Positions 21,852 through 33,026 of a stretch of DNA of 51,080 nt are shown here, piece by piece. The DNA is taken from positions 1-51,080 of the forward strand of contig JALSGR010000229.1 of assembly GCA_026982635.1 (NCBI GenBank), read 5' to 3'. The position numbers and the translations under genes are program-made. How positions within the stretch are numbered: position 1 is the stretch's first letter; the number at the start of each line of letters is the position of its first letter. The DNA comes from Methylothermaceae bacterium. GTDB lineage: Bacteria; Pseudomonadota; Gammaproteobacteria; Methylococcales; Methylothermaceae. The notes under the pieces were generated by a model that saw only the letters and a program-made list of their open reading frames with translations, searched no databases and was not told where the DNA came from.

Positions 21852-22535
21852 TCAGCCGGCTTCGGCAAGTCCCTTGGCGATTTCGGACCGCATGGCGTCG
21901 ATCACGGCCTTGTAATCCGGCTGGCCGAAGATCGCCGAACCGGCCACGAAGGTATCGGCCCCGGCGGCGGCCACCTTGGCGATGTTGTCCACCTTGATCC
22001 CGCCGTCCACCTCGAGGCGGATGTCACGGCCGCTGGCATCGATGATCTCACGGACCTTCTCGATCTTGCGCAGTACGTAAGGAATGAACGACTGCCCGCC
22101 GAAACCGGGATTGACCGACATCAGCAGAATCATGTCCACCTTGTCGATCACCCAGTCGAGATAATCCAGGGGGGTGGCGGGATTGAAAACCAATCCAGCC
22201 TTGCAACCGTGATCGTGGATCAACTGCAACGAACGGTCGATATGCTCGGAGGCTTCCGGATGGAAGGTGATGTAACTGGCCCCGGCCTTGGCGAAGTCGG
22301 GAATGATACGATCCACCGGACTGACCATCAGATGGACGTCGATGGGAGCGGTAATACCGTAATCCCTCAGCGCCTGGCAGATCATCGGCCCGAAGGTCAA
22401 GTTGGGCACGAAGTGATTGTCCATGACGTCGAAGTGGACCACGTCACCACCCGCCGCCAATACCTGCGCCACCTCTTCACCGAGGCGGGCGAAATCGGCC
22501 GACAGGATCGAAGGGGCAATCCAAGGTGTCTGCAT
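21852..22535 (-). CDS. rpe: Ribulose-phosphate 3-epimerase
   Basis: [31 protein letters not shown]. Confidence 0.97.
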   Translation of the reverse strand: MQTPWIAPSILSADFARLGEEVAQVLAAGGDVVHFDVMDNHFVPNLTFGPMICQALRDYGITAPIDVHLMVSPVDRIIPDFAKAGASYITFHPEASEHIDRSLQLIHDHGCKAGLVFNPATPLDYLDWVIDKVDMILLMSVNPGFGGQSFIPYVLRKIEKVREIIDASGRDIRLEVDGGIKVDNIAKVAAAGADTFVAGSAIFGQPDYKAVIDAMRSEIAKGLAEAG

Positions 22536-22714
22536 ACCGGACTCCTAACGGGTTCTGCTGTTGGAAATGACTTAGTTTACCGGATTTGCCACCCGCTTTC
22601 AGCGCCCTGAACATCCCGCCTACCACCGGTCACTTCTGTCGGCGGGGAAAGGAAGGGACAGATGGTAAGATGCCCTTGTTTTTCGCCAACCCGACCCAAT
22701 ATCACCCAATGCTG

Positions 22715-22972
22715 ATGAAAAAGATCGTTATGTACACCAGTTCCCACTGTCCTTATTGCCTGATGGCAGAACGCTTGCTCGCCGCCAAGGGCGTCACCGC
22801 GATCGAGAAGATCCGCGTCGACTTGGATCCCCAGCGGCGGCGGGAAATGATGGAACGGACCGGGCGTCGCACCGTTCCCCAGATCTTCATCGACGACCTC
22901 CACATCGGGGGGTTTCAGGAGCTGGCCGCCCTGGACCATCAGGGGGAATTGGACCGATTGCTGCAAGATTGA
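22715..22972 (+). CDS. grxC: Glutaredoxin 3
   Basis: CPYC, TVPQIFI, HIGG; start 22709 or 22715. Confidence 0.9.
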   Translation: MKKIVMYTSSHCPYCLMAERLLAAKGVTAIEKIRVDLDPQRRREMMERTGRRTVPQIFIDDLHIGGFQELAALDHQGELDRLLQD

Positions 22973-22986
22973 GAAAGGAGAAAGCC

Positions 22987-23409
22987 ATGCATATCGTTTG
23001 CGGCCATTGTTTCACCACCAACCGGGTTCCGGGCGCGAAGCTCGGACACCAACCCTGCTGCGGCAAATGCCATCGGCCGCTACTGGACGGTCAACCGGTC
23101 GATTTGGACGAAGCCGATTTCGATCGGTTCGTCACCCATAACGACCTGCCGGTTCTGGTGGATTTCTGGGCCCCCTGGTGCGGGCCGTGTCGAATGATGG
23201 CGCCCGCCTTCGCTCAGGCGGCCTCGGCCCTGGCTCTGAAGGCACGCCTGGCCAAGGTGAACACCGAAGCCTGTCCACGCTTGGCCCAGCGCTTCGGTAT
23301 CCGCAGCATTCCCACCTTGATTCTGTTCAAGAAAGGACAGGAGAGCGTGCGCCTGTCCGGCGCGCTCAATGCCGCTCAAATCCAGCAATGGGTGGAAAGC
23401 CACATCTGA
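22987..23409 (+). CDS. trxC: Thioredoxin 2 (zinc-finger type)
   Basis: CGHC..CGKC followed by WCGPC; AAGGAG RBS. Confidence 0.93.
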   Translation: MHIVCGHCFTTNRVPGAKLGHQPCCGKCHRPLLDGQPVDLDEADFDRFVTHNDLPVLVDFWAPWCGPCRMMAPAFAQAASALALKARLAKVNTEACPRLAQRFGIRSIPTLILFKKGQESVRLSGALNAAQIQQWVESHI

Positions 23410-23415
23410 CGACGA

Positions 23416-23595
23416 TCACTCTTCTTCCAACGGTTCGAAATCGTCCTTGGTGACCCCACACTCGGGGCAGACCCAATCGTCAGGAATGTCCTCGAAACGG
23501 GTTCCGGGAGGCAGACCGCCGTCCGGATCCCCTTCGGCCTCGTCGTAGATGTAGCCACAAACCACACAGACGTATTTGCGATATTCCTCGATCAT
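23416..23595 (-). CDS. Rubredoxin
   Basis: CVVCGYIYD...[17 protein letters not shown]. Confidence 0.95.
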   Translation of the reverse strand: MIEEYRKYVCVVCGYIYDEAEGDPDGGLPPGTRFEDIPDDWVCPECGVTKDDFEPLEEE

Positions 23596-23631
23596 ACTTC
23601 CCTCATACAAGTCGCCAAGACGATGGGTGCC

Positions 23632-24447
23632 TCACTCCAGAACGATCAGGGCGCTGGGATGACGCACCAGGATGGAATAACGACGCCCCCGGCGCGAGGG
23701 CCAACCACGGACTTCGACCCGTTTTCCCAGATAACGTTGCAAATCGGGGAAATACGACAAGTTGCGCCGCGGTATCACGACCTCGACACCAGCTGAAAAC
23801 TGCAGCCGCAGGTACTTGCGCCCGGCTTTGAGCTTTCTCGGAACACCCACCAGACGTTGCCATCCGTGCAATTTCTTGCGCAGCAAGGTTTCGATGGGCT
23901 TGGGAGCATAGTAGGGCATCCCCCAAATGCCTCTCCGGGCGGATTCGGCCGCTTTCTGAGCCGCCAGGATCGACCGGGCGTATTTCAAATTGGGGGGATG
24001 GATGTTGGCGATCGCCCAACCGGCCTTCACCAGCGCCAGGTTCAGATGGAGCCCGTCACGGCGGAACAGATAGGCGAGGGTGCGCCCGTACTTGTCGTGC
24101 CGCTCCACGTCGTATTCCAGGCGTACCGGCCGACCGGCCGTCAGGGCTTTCAGCAAGGCCTTCGCCTCCTCACCACCCGGCTCCCCGCGTTTGCGTTCGG
24201 TTTCGATTTCCGGGGCATTGATGTTCAGCAAGCGGATCCTGCGGCCATCCTTCAGCAATACCGTATCGCCGTCATAGACGTGCTGCACCGGATAATAGGC
24301 GGGCTCGGGATGCAGCTCGACGATTTCGGCGCCGGGGACCGGGCGATCGCTGTAATGATATTGTCCCTCACGGTCGCGCCATTGAAAAACGGCCGCTTGT
24401 GCGGCCGTCATCCCCAGCAAGACCCCCCACAGAAGGATGCGGAGCAT
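23632..24447 (-). CDS. Exported thermonuclease-family (SNase) protein with DUF4124-like N-terminus
   Basis: Signal peptide; W.D.EG..HYSDRP; DGDT, IRLLNINAPE, DKYGRTLAY, A.RGIW. Confidence 0.88.
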   Translation of the reverse strand: MLRILLWGVLLGMTAAQAAVFQWRDREGQYHYSDRPVPGAEIVELHPEPAYYPVQHVYDGDTVLLKDGRRIRLLNINAPEIETERKRGEPGGEEAKALLKALTAGRPVRLEYDVERHDKYGRTLAYLFRRDGLHLNLALVKAGWAIANIHPPNLKYARSILAAQKAAESARRGIWGMPYYAPKPIETLLRKKLHGWQRLVGVPRKLKAGRKYLRLQFSAGVEVVIPRRNLSYFPDLQRYLGKRVEVRGWPSRRGRRYSILVRHPSALIVLE

Positions 24448-24457
24448 CGCTGCTTCT

Positions 24458-24808
24458 TCAGGTGGTCGAGGGTCTGGAAGCCCCCCCGTTCACTTCGGCG
24501 GCGATGGCCTCCAGTTGACGCAGTTGGGCATGACCGGCATTGGTCAGTTCGAGACCACCGTTCACGATGCTCCGATAGAGGCCGGGCATCTTGTAAACGA
24601 GATAGCACAGATAGCCGGTCACGATGGCGGCGATGGGAAACCCCGCCCAGGCCGGCAATCCCACCCCCCCCAGACCACGGGTCAGGAGGGTGAGCACGTC
24701 GAGGGGCAGCAGCAGAAAAGCACCGAAATAGGTCAGGACGAAGAAGGAATAAAGCAGCAGGACAAGAAATTCAAAAAGGCGGATCAAACCGAGATTGAGC
24801 CATTTCAT
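24458..24808 (-). CDS. Hypothetical membrane protein
   Basis: Two to three hydrophobic helices; GAGGG RBS-like site upstream. Confidence 0.7.
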   Translation of the reverse strand: MKWLNLGLIRLFEFLVLLLYSFFVLTYFGAFLLLPLDVLTLLTRGLGGVGLPAWAGFPIAAIVTGYLCYLVYKMPGLYRSIVNGGLELTNAGHAQLRQLEAIAAEVNGGASRPSTT

Positions 24809-24996
24809 CGTGGATAGTCACCCCTCAAAAAGGCGATTGATCGTCACCGGATGGTTGTTACATCCAGCCCCGCATAAATTAAATATTCTAGCATGCCCCT
24901 GCAAGAGCCGGGAATGGAAACGCCGAACCGAAATCCGCCCTTGAATTCAGGCCTGGCGTTTTCCTTTCCAGCCACGGATACTCCTTCCCGCTTCGT

Positions 24997-25026
24997 AAAA
25001 AAAACCGCGGACGATGCCGCGGTTTT
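24997..25026 (-). terminator. Intrinsic terminator of the fba cluster
   Basis: Minus strand AAAACCGCGG-CATCGT-CCGCGG-TTTTTTTT. Confidence 0.85.
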
Positions 25027-25051
25027 CCAAGGAAAAAATTGCCGGTGGCGA

Positions 25052-26116
25052 TCAACTCACCTTGGGATCCAATTCACCGGAAGCATAGCGCTGATACATC
25101 GCCTCCAGCGAAATCGGCTTGATCTTGGACGCCTGCCCCGCACAACCGAACGCCTCGTAACGGGCCTTGCAGATGTCCTTCATCGCCTGGGTGGCGACCT
25201 TGAAAATCTTGCGCGGATCGAATTCCTTGGGATTTTCCTTCAGGAACTTCCGCATGGCCCCGGTGGCGGCCATCCGCAGGTCGGTGTCGATGTTGACCTT
25301 GCGCACCCCGTGTTTGATGCCTTCGACGATCTCCTCCACCGGAACCCCGTAGGTCTGACCCATGTCACCACCGTATTCGTTGATGATTTCCAGCCAATCC
25401 TGAGGAACCGAGGAAGATCCGTGCATCACCAGGTGGGTGTCCGGAATCCGGGCGTGGATCTCCTTGATCCGGTCGATGGCGAGGATGTCTCCCGTCGGCG
25501 GGCGGGTGAACTTGTAGGCGCCGTGACTGGTGCCGATGGCGATCGCCAGGGCGTCCACCTTGGTCTTCTTGACGAAGTCGGCCGCCTCGTCCGGATCGGT
25601 AAGCAGCATTTCCTTGGTCAGCTTGCCTTCGGCACCAACGCCGTCTTCCTTGCCGGCCTGCATGGTCTCCAGCGACCCCAGGCATCCCAATTCCCCTTCG
25701 ACCGACACACCGCAGGCGTGGGCCATTTCGACGACCTTGGCGGTCACCTCCACGTTGTACTCGTAAGTGGCCGGGGTCTTGGCGTCCGGCATCAGGGAGC
25801 CGTCCATCATCACCGAGGTGAAGCCGGACTGGATCGAACGGGCGCACACCCCCGGATCGGCGCCGTGGTCCTGGTGGAGCACGATGGGAATGTCCGGCCA
25901 CTGCTCCACCGCCGCCAGAATCAGGTGACGCAGGAACGGTTCGCCGGCATATTTACGGGCCCCGGCCGAGGCCTGCATGATCACCGGGCTGTCGACCTCG
26001 GCGGCCGCCTGCATGATGGAATGGACCTGCTCCATGTTGTTGACGTTGAACGCCGGCACGCCGTAGCCGTTTTCCGCTGCGTGATCCAGGAGTTGTCGCA
26101 AACTGATCAATGCCAT
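25052..26116 (-). CDS. fba: Fructose-bisphosphate aldolase class II (CbbA-like), copy with canonical loop
   Basis: [49 protein letters not shown]. Confidence 0.96.
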   Translation of the reverse strand: MALISLRQLLDHAAENGYGVPAFNVNNMEQVHSIMQAAAEVDSPVIMQASAGARKYAGEPFLRHLILAAVEQWPDIPIVLHQDHGADPGVCARSIQSGFTSVMMDGSLMPDAKTPATYEYNVEVTAKVVEMAHACGVSVEGELGCLGSLETMQAGKEDGVGAEGKLTKEMLLTDPDEAADFVKKTKVDALAIAIGTSHGAYKFTRPPTGDILAIDRIKEIHARIPDTHLVMHGSSSVPQDWLEIINEYGGDMGQTYGVPVEEIVEGIKHGVRKVNIDTDLRMAATGAMRKFLKENPKEFDPRKIFKVATQAMKDICKARYEAFGCAGQASKIKPISLEAMYQRYASGELDPKVS

Positions 26117-26150
26117 TCAAATAGCCTCATTCATTAAACAATCAACCATG

Positions 26151-26182
26151 AAAACCCTCCGGACCCTTGCCGGATCCGGAGG
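26151..26182 (-). terminator. Hairpin between the two fba genes
   Basis: CCTCCGGA..TCCGGAGG followed by GTTTT on the minus strand. Confidence 0.5.
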
Positions 26183-26189
26183 AACGATG

Positions 26190-27236
26190 TCAGCCGACCC
26201 GCGGATCCAGTTCGCCGGAAGCATAGCGCTGATACATCGCCTCCAGCGAAATCGGCTTGATCTTGGACGCCTGCCCCGCACAACCGAACGCCTCGTAACG
26301 GGCCTTGCAGATGTCCTTCATCGCCTTGGTCGCGGCGGCGAAGATTTTGCGCGGGTCGAACTGCTTGGGGTTTTCCGCCAGGAACTTGCGCATGGCCCCG
26401 GTGGAAGCCAGACGCAGGTCGGTGTCGATGTTGACCTTGCGCACCCCGTGCTTGATGCCTTCGACGATCTCCTCCACCGGAACCCCGTAGGGTTGGCCGA
26501 TGTCACCACCGTATTCGTTGATGATCTTCACCCATTCCTGGGGAACCGAGGAAGATCCGTGCATCACCAGGTGGGTGTCCGGAATCCGGGCGTGGATCTC
26601 CTTGATCCGGTCGATGGCGAGAATTTCCCCGGTCGGCGGCTTGGTGAACTTGTAGGCACCGTGACTGGTACCGATGGCCACCGCCAAAGCGTCCACCTTG
26701 GTCTTCTTGACGAAGTCGGCCGCCTGTTCCGGATCGGTGAGCAGCATTTCCTTGTCGATCGCCTCACCCTTGTCGGTGACTCCTTTCTCCAAGGAACCCA
26801 GGCATCCCAGCTCACCTTCCACGGACACGCCGCAGGCGTGGGCCATTTCGACGACCTTGGCGGTCACCTCCACGTTGTACTCGTAAGTGGAAGGCGTCTT
26901 CATGTCCGGCATCAGGGAACCGTCCATCATCACCGAGGTGAAGCCGGACTGGATCGAACGGGCGCACACCCCCGGATCGGCGCCGTGGTCCTGGTGGAGC
27001 ACGACGGGAATGTCCGGCCACTGCTCCAGAGCGGCCTGCACCAGATGGCGGATGAAGTAGGGCCCCGCATACTTGCGGGCGCCGGCGGACACCTGCATGA
27101 TCACCGGGCTGTCGACCTCGGCGGCCGCTTCCATGATGGAATGGACCTGCTCCATGTTGTTGATGTTGAAAGACGGCACGCCATAGTCGTTCTCCGCTGC
27201 GTGATCCAGCAATTGTCTCAAGGTGATGAGTGCCAT
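26190..27236 (-). CDS. fba: Class II aldolase paralogue with altered catalytic loop
   Basis: Same metal-binding motifs as its neighbour; 6 aa shorter, with no EDG in the loop. Confidence 0.92.
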   Translation of the reverse strand: MALITLRQLLDHAAENDYGVPSFNINNMEQVHSIMEAAAEVDSPVIMQVSAGARKYAGPYFIRHLVQAALEQWPDIPVVLHQDHGADPGVCARSIQSGFTSVMMDGSLMPDMKTPSTYEYNVEVTAKVVEMAHACGVSVEGELGCLGSLEKGVTDKGEAIDKEMLLTDPEQAADFVKKTKVDALAVAIGTSHGAYKFTKPPTGEILAIDRIKEIHARIPDTHLVMHGSSSVPQEWVKIINEYGGDIGQPYGVPVEEIVEGIKHGVRKVNIDTDLRLASTGAMRKFLAENPKQFDPRKIFAAATKAMKDICKARYEAFGCAGQASKIKPISLEAMYQRYASGELDPRVG

Positions 27237-27257
27237 GACAGCCTCCTCCTGCTCAGG

Positions 27258-29264
27258 TTAGGACAGAACTTCTTTGACCGCCTTGACGACGTTGTCCACG
27301 GTGAAGCCAAATTCTTTCATCAGCACACCACCGGGAGCCGACTCGCCAAACCGGTCGATACCGAGCACCTTACCATCGAGGCCGACGTATTTGTACCAGC
27401 CGTCGGTCGCCCCGGCTTCCACCGCGACCCGGGCGGTGACGTCCGGCGGCAGCACCGCCGCCTTGTACTCGGCACTCTGGGCGTCGAAAACGTCCTCGCA
27501 GGGCATCGAGACCACGCGGATCTTCTTCCCTTCGTCGGCCAGGATCTTGGCAGCCTCGTCCGCCAGATGCACTTCCGAACCGGTGGCGATGATGATGGCG
27601 TCCGGCTTGCCATCGCAGTCCCGCAACACGTAGCCACCTTTGGCGATGGCTTCGATCTGCTCCGGCGTCCGCTCCAGATGCGGCACCCCCTGACGGGTCA
27701 GAGCCAGAGCGGCGGGGCCGTCGGTGCGGTTGATCGCCTCGCGCCAGGCCACGGCGGTCTCGACCGCATCGGCAGGACGCCACAGGTGCAGGTTGGGAAT
27801 CACCCGCAGCGAGACATGATGCTCCACCGGCTGATGGGTGGGGCCGTCCTCACCCAGACCGATGGAATCGTGGGTCAGGACGTAGATCACCGGCAGCTTC
27901 ATCAGGGCGGACATACGGATGCCGTTGCGGCAGTAATCGGAGAACACATGGAAAGTGCCCCCGAACGGCCGGAAGCCGCCGTGCAGACAAATGCCGTTCA
28001 TCATGGCCGCCATGCCGAATTCCCGCACCCCGTAGTGGACGTAATCCCCGTCCTCATGGGATTTGCCGGGATAGTTGTAATCCTTGCAACCTTTCCAGTT
28101 GGTCAGGTTGGAGCCGGTCAGATCGGCGCTGCCGCCGAAGAACTCCGGCAGATGGGGCGCATAGGCGTTCAGGGTGTTCTGGGAGGCCTTGCGGGTGGCG
28201 ACCTTTTCGGCCTTGGCGTTGACCTCGTCGATGTAGGCCTGGGCGACCTGAGGCCAATCGGCCGGCAGCCGACCCTCGAGACGGCGGACCAGTTCTTCGG
28301 CCAGATCCGGCAGTTCGGCCTTGTAGGCGGCCAGCTTGTCCTGCCATTCCTGCTCCCATTTGGCGCCCTTCTCCCGGGCGTCCCAACCGTCGTAGATTTC
28401 CTTCGGAATCACGAACGGGGGATGCGGCCATCCCAGCACTTCCCGCGCCAGGGCGATCTCGTCGTCCCCCAGCGGGGCGCCGTGGCATTCTTCCTTGCCC
28501 TGCTTGTTGGGCGAACCATAGCCGATGATGGTCTTGCAGCAGATCAGGCTGGGCTTGTCGGTCGTGGCGCGGGCCTCCTCGATGGCGGCCTTGATGGCGT
28601 CGGGATTGTGGCCGTCGACATCCCGGATCACATGCCAGCCATAGGCTTCGAAGCGCTTGGCGGTATCTTCGGTGAACCACCCTTCCACTTCGCCGTCGAT
28701 GGAGATGCCGTTGTCGTCCCAGAAGGCGATCAGTTTCCCCAATTTGAAGGTGCCGGCCAGGGCGCAAGCCTCGTGGGAAACGCCTTCCATCATGCAGCCG
28801 TCACCGAGGAAGACGTAGGTATAGTGGTCGATGATGTCGTGACCGTCACGATTGAACTGGGCGGCCAGCACTTTCTCCGCCAGCGCCATCCCCACGGCGT
28901 TGGCGATTCCCTGCCCCAGGGGCCCGGTGGTGGTTTCCACCCCGGGGGTGTAGCCGTATTCGGGATGCCCCGGCGTCTTGGAGTGAAGCTGACGGAAGTT
29001 CTTCAGTTCCTCCAGGGGCAGATCGTAACCGGTCAGATGCAACAGGGCGTATATCAGCATCGAACCGTGCCCGTTGGACAGGACGAAGCGGTCCCGGTTG
29101 GGCCACTTGGGATTGTTGGGATTGTGGCGCAGGTAATCGTTCCACAGGACCTCGGCGATGTCCGCCATACCCATGGGCATCCCCGGATGGCCAGACTTGG
29201 CTTGCTGGACCGCATCCATGGCGAGTGCACGGATGGCATTTGCAAGATCTCGGCGTGAAGGCAT
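27258..29264 (-). CDS. tkt: Transketolase
   Basis: [37 protein letters not shown]. Confidence 0.98.
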   Translation of the reverse strand: MPSRRDLANAIRALAMDAVQQAKSGHPGMPMGMADIAEVLWNDYLRHNPNNPKWPNRDRFVLSNGHGSMLIYALLHLTGYDLPLEELKNFRQLHSKTPGHPEYGYTPGVETTTGPLGQGIANAVGMALAEKVLAAQFNRDGHDIIDHYTYVFLGDGCMMEGVSHEACALAGTFKLGKLIAFWDDNGISIDGEVEGWFTEDTAKRFEAYGWHVIRDVDGHNPDAIKAAIEEARATTDKPSLICCKTIIGYGSPNKQGKEECHGAPLGDDEIALAREVLGWPHPPFVIPKEIYDGWDAREKGAKWEQEWQDKLAAYKAELPDLAEELVRRLEGRLPADWPQVAQAYIDEVNAKAEKVATRKASQNTLNAYAPHLPEFFGGSADLTGSNLTNWKGCKDYNYPGKSHEDGDYVHYGVREFGMAAMMNGICLHGGFRPFGGTFHVFSDYCRNGIRMSALMKLPVIYVLTHDSIGLGEDGPTHQPVEHHVSLRVIPNLHLWRPADAVETAVAWREAINRTDGPAALALTRQGVPHLERTPEQIEAIAKGGYVLRDCDGKPDAIIIATGSEVHLADEAAKILADEGKKIRVVSMPCEDVFDAQSAEYKAAVLPPDVTARVAVEAGATDGWYKYVGLDGKVLGIDRFGESAPGGVLMKEFGFTVDNVVKAVKEVLS

Positions 29265-29353
29265 GATTCTTTCTCCTAATTGGTTCTCAAATTTGTTGTT
29301 CAGCTTCGATCAGGATCGCATCTTATAGCCGCCGCCTCGCGGGCGCAATCCCG

Positions 29354-30385
29354 TCAACCGGCCTGTTCCGCATCCCACTCGCGATGATAGGCCTCGATGG
29401 TTTCGAGATCCTTCCTGGCCCCGATGAACAGAGGAATGCGCTGGTGGATGTGGGTCGGCTCCAGGGTCAGGACCCGCTCGCGCCCGGTGGAAACGACCCC
29501 CCCGGCCTGCTCGATGATGAAACCGATGGGATTGGCTTCGTACATCAGGCGCAGACGGCCGGCCAACCCCTTTTTCTTCAGCTTCTCGTCCAGGGGATAG
29601 GTCCAGAAACCACCCCGCTGCAGGATGCGGTAAGCCTCGGCCACGAAAGAGGCGATCCAGCGCATGTTGTAGTCACGTCCCCGGGGGCCTTCCTTACCCT
29701 GGAGGCACTCCTCGATATAACGGCGCACGGGCGGTTCCCAGAAGCGCCAGTTGGACATGTTGATGGCGAATTCCTTGGCTTCCTCGGCGATCCGGATGTT
29801 GGATTGGGTCAGGAAGAACTCACCCACCCCCTGGTCCAGGGTGAAACCATGGGCCCCGTTGCCCGTGGTCAACACCAGGGTGACCGAGGGGCCGTAGACA
29901 CAGAACCCGGAGGCCACCTGAGCCGTTCCAGGCTGCAGGAAATGCTCCTCGGCCGGTTCGTCGACCCCTTCCGGACACCGCAGGATGGAAAAGATGGTGC
30001 CGATGCACATGTTGATGTTGATGTTGGAGGACCCGTCCAAGGGGTCGAAACAAACCAGGTATTTCCCCCGGTTGGCCTTCGGCACCACGATGATGTCGTC
30101 GTTCTCTTCCGAGGCCATGGCCGCCACGTGACCGCTGCGGCTGAGAATGGCGATCATGATGTCGTTGGAAAGCACATCCAGTTTCTGCTGCACTTCCCCC
30201 TGAACGTTTTCCTCGCCCACCTGACCCAGGTTACCCACCAGGGCACCGTAGCGGACCTCGCGGGCGATCGCTTTGCAGGCCCGGGCGATGTCGGAAATCA
30301 ACAAGGTCAGCTCGCCGGTGGCGCCGGCCACCTTGCGCTGTTCCTGAATCAAAAACTCCGTTAAGGAGACCCCTTGACCTTGCAT
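29354..30385 (-). CDS. fbp: Class 1 fructose-1,6-bisphosphatase (CbbF-like)
   Basis: NVQGE.QQKLD, ASEE, FDPLDGSSN, GRLRLMYEANP. Confidence 0.95.
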   Translation of the reverse strand: MQGQGVSLTEFLIQEQRKVAGATGELTLLISDIARACKAIAREVRYGALVGNLGQVGEENVQGEVQQKLDVLSNDIMIAILSRSGHVAAMASEENDDIIVVPKANRGKYLVCFDPLDGSSNININMCIGTIFSILRCPEGVDEPAEEHFLQPGTAQVASGFCVYGPSVTLVLTTGNGAHGFTLDQGVGEFFLTQSNIRIAEEAKEFAINMSNWRFWEPPVRRYIEECLQGKEGPRGRDYNMRWIASFVAEAYRILQRGGFWTYPLDEKLKKKGLAGRLRLMYEANPIGFIIEQAGGVVSTGRERVLTLEPTHIHQRIPLFIGARKDLETIEAYHREWDAEQAG

Positions 30386-30419
30386 AACATCTTCCTCCTA
30401 CATTAGATCGATAAAGGAC

Positions 30420-31892
30420 TCAGGCCGCCGTCGACAGCGCCAGGGCATCCTTGACCTTGACGATTTTCAGGGTATTGGTCCCACCGCTCACGCCGGTCAG
30501 ATCCCCCTTGGTGATCAGCACCCGGTCGTCTTCGGTCACCGCGTGGCAGCGCAGCAGCTCCTTCAGAGCTGCCTTGTTCTGAACCACGTGCTCCGTGGTC
30601 TCGCAGTGAAAATGGATGGGATAGACGCCCCGGTACAGGGTGACCTTGCGACAGGTGCGCAGATGACGGGTCATGGCATAGATGGGAATACCCGAACGGA
30701 TCCGCGACATCCACAGCGGCGTGGAGCCGCTTTCCGTCAGCGCGGCGATGGCCCGGACGGGCAGGTGGTTGGCCACGTACATGGACGCCATGGCGATGGC
30801 CTCGTCCACCCGTTTGAACTGGCGATCCATGCGGTGGGAGGAACGCCGCACCCTGGGGCTCTTCTCCGCTTCCCGACAGACCCGATCCATCGCCTTGACC
30901 GCCTCCACCGGATAGTTGCCCGAAGCAGTCTCCGCCGACAACATCACCGCATCGGTCCCGTCGAACACGGCGTTGGCCACGTCCAACACCTCGGCCCGCG
31001 TCGGCAGGGGGCTTTCGATCATCGATTCCATCATCTGAGTGGCGGTGATGACCACCCGATCCATGTCCCGCGCCTTGGAAATCAGATCCTTCTGCACTTG
31101 GGGCAGGCGGGCGTCGCCGATTTCCACCCCCAGATCCCCCCGGGCTACCATGATGACGTCAGACGCTTCGATGATCTCTTCCATCACACCGGGCTGAACC
31201 GCCTCGGCACGCTCGATCTTGGCGACGATGCCGGCCGCGCCACCGGCTTCCCGGAGCAGATGACGCGCCAGGTGGATGTCGGCGGCGCTGCGGGGGAAGG
31301 AAACCGCCAGATAATCGGCCTCGATCTCCACGGCGGTCTTGATGTCCTCCTTGTCCTTGTCGGTGAGGGCCGGGGCCGAAAGCCCGCCTCCCTGCTTGTT
31401 GATGCCTTTGTTGTCGGACAGCACCCCGCCGACCTCGACCACACATTCGACCCGGTCGCCCTCGATACCGTCCACCCGAAGGACGATGCGACCGTCGTCC
31501 AGCAGCAGAACGTCGCCCGGCTGAACGTCCTTCGGAAGATCGCGGTACACCAGCCCCACCTGGGTCTCGTCCCCCTGGTCCAGGGGGAAATCCGCGTCGA
31601 GGGCGAAGCGGGCTCCCTCCTGGAGCACCACCTTCCCCGTCTTGAAACGGCCGATCCGGATCTTCGGCCCCTGCAGATCCGCCAGAATGCCGACGTAATG
31701 CCCCTTGCCCTCGGAAATCTCGCGGACCAGACGGGCCCGGCGCCGGTGGTCGTCGGCGGTCCCGTGGGAGAAATTCAACCGAACCACGTCGACGCCGGCG
31801 TCGATGAGCTTCTCCAGCATCTCCGGCGTGTCGGTCGCCGGCCCCAGGGTGGCGACGATCTTGGTGCGTCTCGGCACGTAAATGTCAGCCAT
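30420..31892 (-). CDS. pyk: Pyruvate kinase
   Basis: RRTKIVATLGP, RLNFSHG, MVARGDLG, ATQMMESM. Confidence 0.98.
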   Translation of the reverse strand: MADIYVPRRTKIVATLGPATDTPEMLEKLIDAGVDVVRLNFSHGTADDHRRRARLVREISEGKGHYVGILADLQGPKIRIGRFKTGKVVLQEGARFALDADFPLDQGDETQVGLVYRDLPKDVQPGDVLLLDDGRIVLRVDGIEGDRVECVVEVGGVLSDNKGINKQGGGLSAPALTDKDKEDIKTAVEIEADYLAVSFPRSAADIHLARHLLREAGGAAGIVAKIERAEAVQPGVMEEIIEASDVIMVARGDLGVEIGDARLPQVQKDLISKARDMDRVVITATQMMESMIESPLPTRAEVLDVANAVFDGTDAVMLSAETASGNYPVEAVKAMDRVCREAEKSPRVRRSSHRMDRQFKRVDEAIAMASMYVANHLPVRAIAALTESGSTPLWMSRIRSGIPIYAMTRHLRTCRKVTLYRGVYPIHFHCETTEHVVQNKAALKELLRCHAVTEDDRVLITKGDLTGVSGGTNTLKIVKVKDALALSTAA

Positions 31893-31895
31893 GAA

Positions 31896-32909
31896 TCAGC
31901 GCGCCTCCATCATCGCCTTGGCGGTGTCGAGCATGCGGTTGGAAAAGCCCCACTCGTTGTCGTACCAGGCCAGCACCTTCACCAGGGTGCCGTCGATGAC
32001 CTTGGTCAAGGAGGATTCGTAGATGGAGGAATGGGGGTTGTGGTTGAAGTCCATCGACACCAAAGGCTCGTCGCTGTAGGCCAGGACGCCTTTCAACTCA
32101 CCTTCCGCCGCTTCCCGAACGAGGGTGTCGATCTCCTCCTTCGAGGTGGCCCGGGTCGCCTGGAAGGTCAGGTCCACCAGGGAAACGTTGATGGTGGGAA
32201 CCCGCACGGCGAAGCCGTCGAGCTTGCCGGCCAGTTCCGGCAATACCAGACCCACTGCCGCCGCAGCCCCCGTCTTGGTGGGAATCATGTTGTGGGCGGC
32301 GGCCCGGGCCCGGCGCAGGTCCTTGTGGAACACGTCGATGAGCCGCTGGTCGTTGGTATAGGAATGAATGGTGGTCATCAGACCACGTTCGATGCCGATC
32401 CGGCTATGCAGCACCTTGGCCAGCGGAGCCAGACAGTTGGTGGTACACGAGGCGTTGGAGACCACGGTGTCGGAAGCCTTGAGCGTCCCGTGATTGACGC
32501 CGTAGACCACGGTGGCATCCACGTCCTTGCCGCCGGGAGCGGAAATCAGCACTTTCTTGGCCCCACCCTGGAGATGGGCCGAGGCCTTCTCCTTGGAGGT
32601 GAACAAGCCGGTACATTCCATCACCACGTCGATGCCCAGCTCGCCCCAGGGAAGCTTGGCGGGATCGCGCTCCGCCAATACCTTGATCCGGTGCCCGTCG
32701 ACCACCAGGGTATCCCCTTCCACCGCCACGTCGAAGGGGAAGCGGCCGTGTACGGTGTCGTAGCGGGTCAAATGGGCGTTGGTCTGGGCGTCCGCCAGAT
32801 CGTTGATCGCGACGATTTCGAATTCACCGGTGCGCCCGGATTCGAACAGGGCCCGCAGCACGTTGCGGCCGATCCGGCCGTAACCGTTGATTGCCAGCTT
32901 GATAGCCAT
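31896..32909 (-). CDS. gap: Type I glyceraldehyde-3-phosphate dehydrogenase
   Basis: [28 protein letters not shown]. Confidence 0.97.
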   Translation of the reverse strand: MAIKLAINGYGRIGRNVLRALFESGRTGEFEIVAINDLADAQTNAHLTRYDTVHGRFPFDVAVEGDTLVVDGHRIKVLAERDPAKLPWGELGIDVVMECTGLFTSKEKASAHLQGGAKKVLISAPGGKDVDATVVYGVNHGTLKASDTVVSNASCTTNCLAPLAKVLHSRIGIERGLMTTIHSYTNDQRLIDVFHKDLRRARAAAHNMIPTKTGAAAAVGLVLPELAGKLDGFAVRVPTINVSLVDLTFQATRATSKEEIDTLVREAAEGELKGVLAYSDEPLVSMDFNHNPHSSIYESSLTKVIDGTLVKVLAWYDNEWGFSNRMLDTAKAMMEAR

Positions 32910-33026
32910 GAAGTGTTACCCCCAAAATTTGATGGTTCTGAAACCGGTTGCCACCACCCTAGCGGGTGGAGATTCGATTGGTCAATTCGGAGAACTATAT
33001 CAAACCGGATGGAACCGCGTCCAGAT

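Noticed and set aside
22976-22990. AAAGCC-ATGC at the trxC start as a possible TnpB off-target
   Set aside because: Only a 6-nt seed match, and the TAM differs (GCAT rather than TCAT)
26148-29258. 1036-aa + strand ORF, and similar long ORFs at 9524-11368, 12552-15410, 20439-22610, 30543-33305 and 41147-43285
   Set aside because: Antisense shadows of well-supported genes in GC-rich DNA; no recognisable motifs
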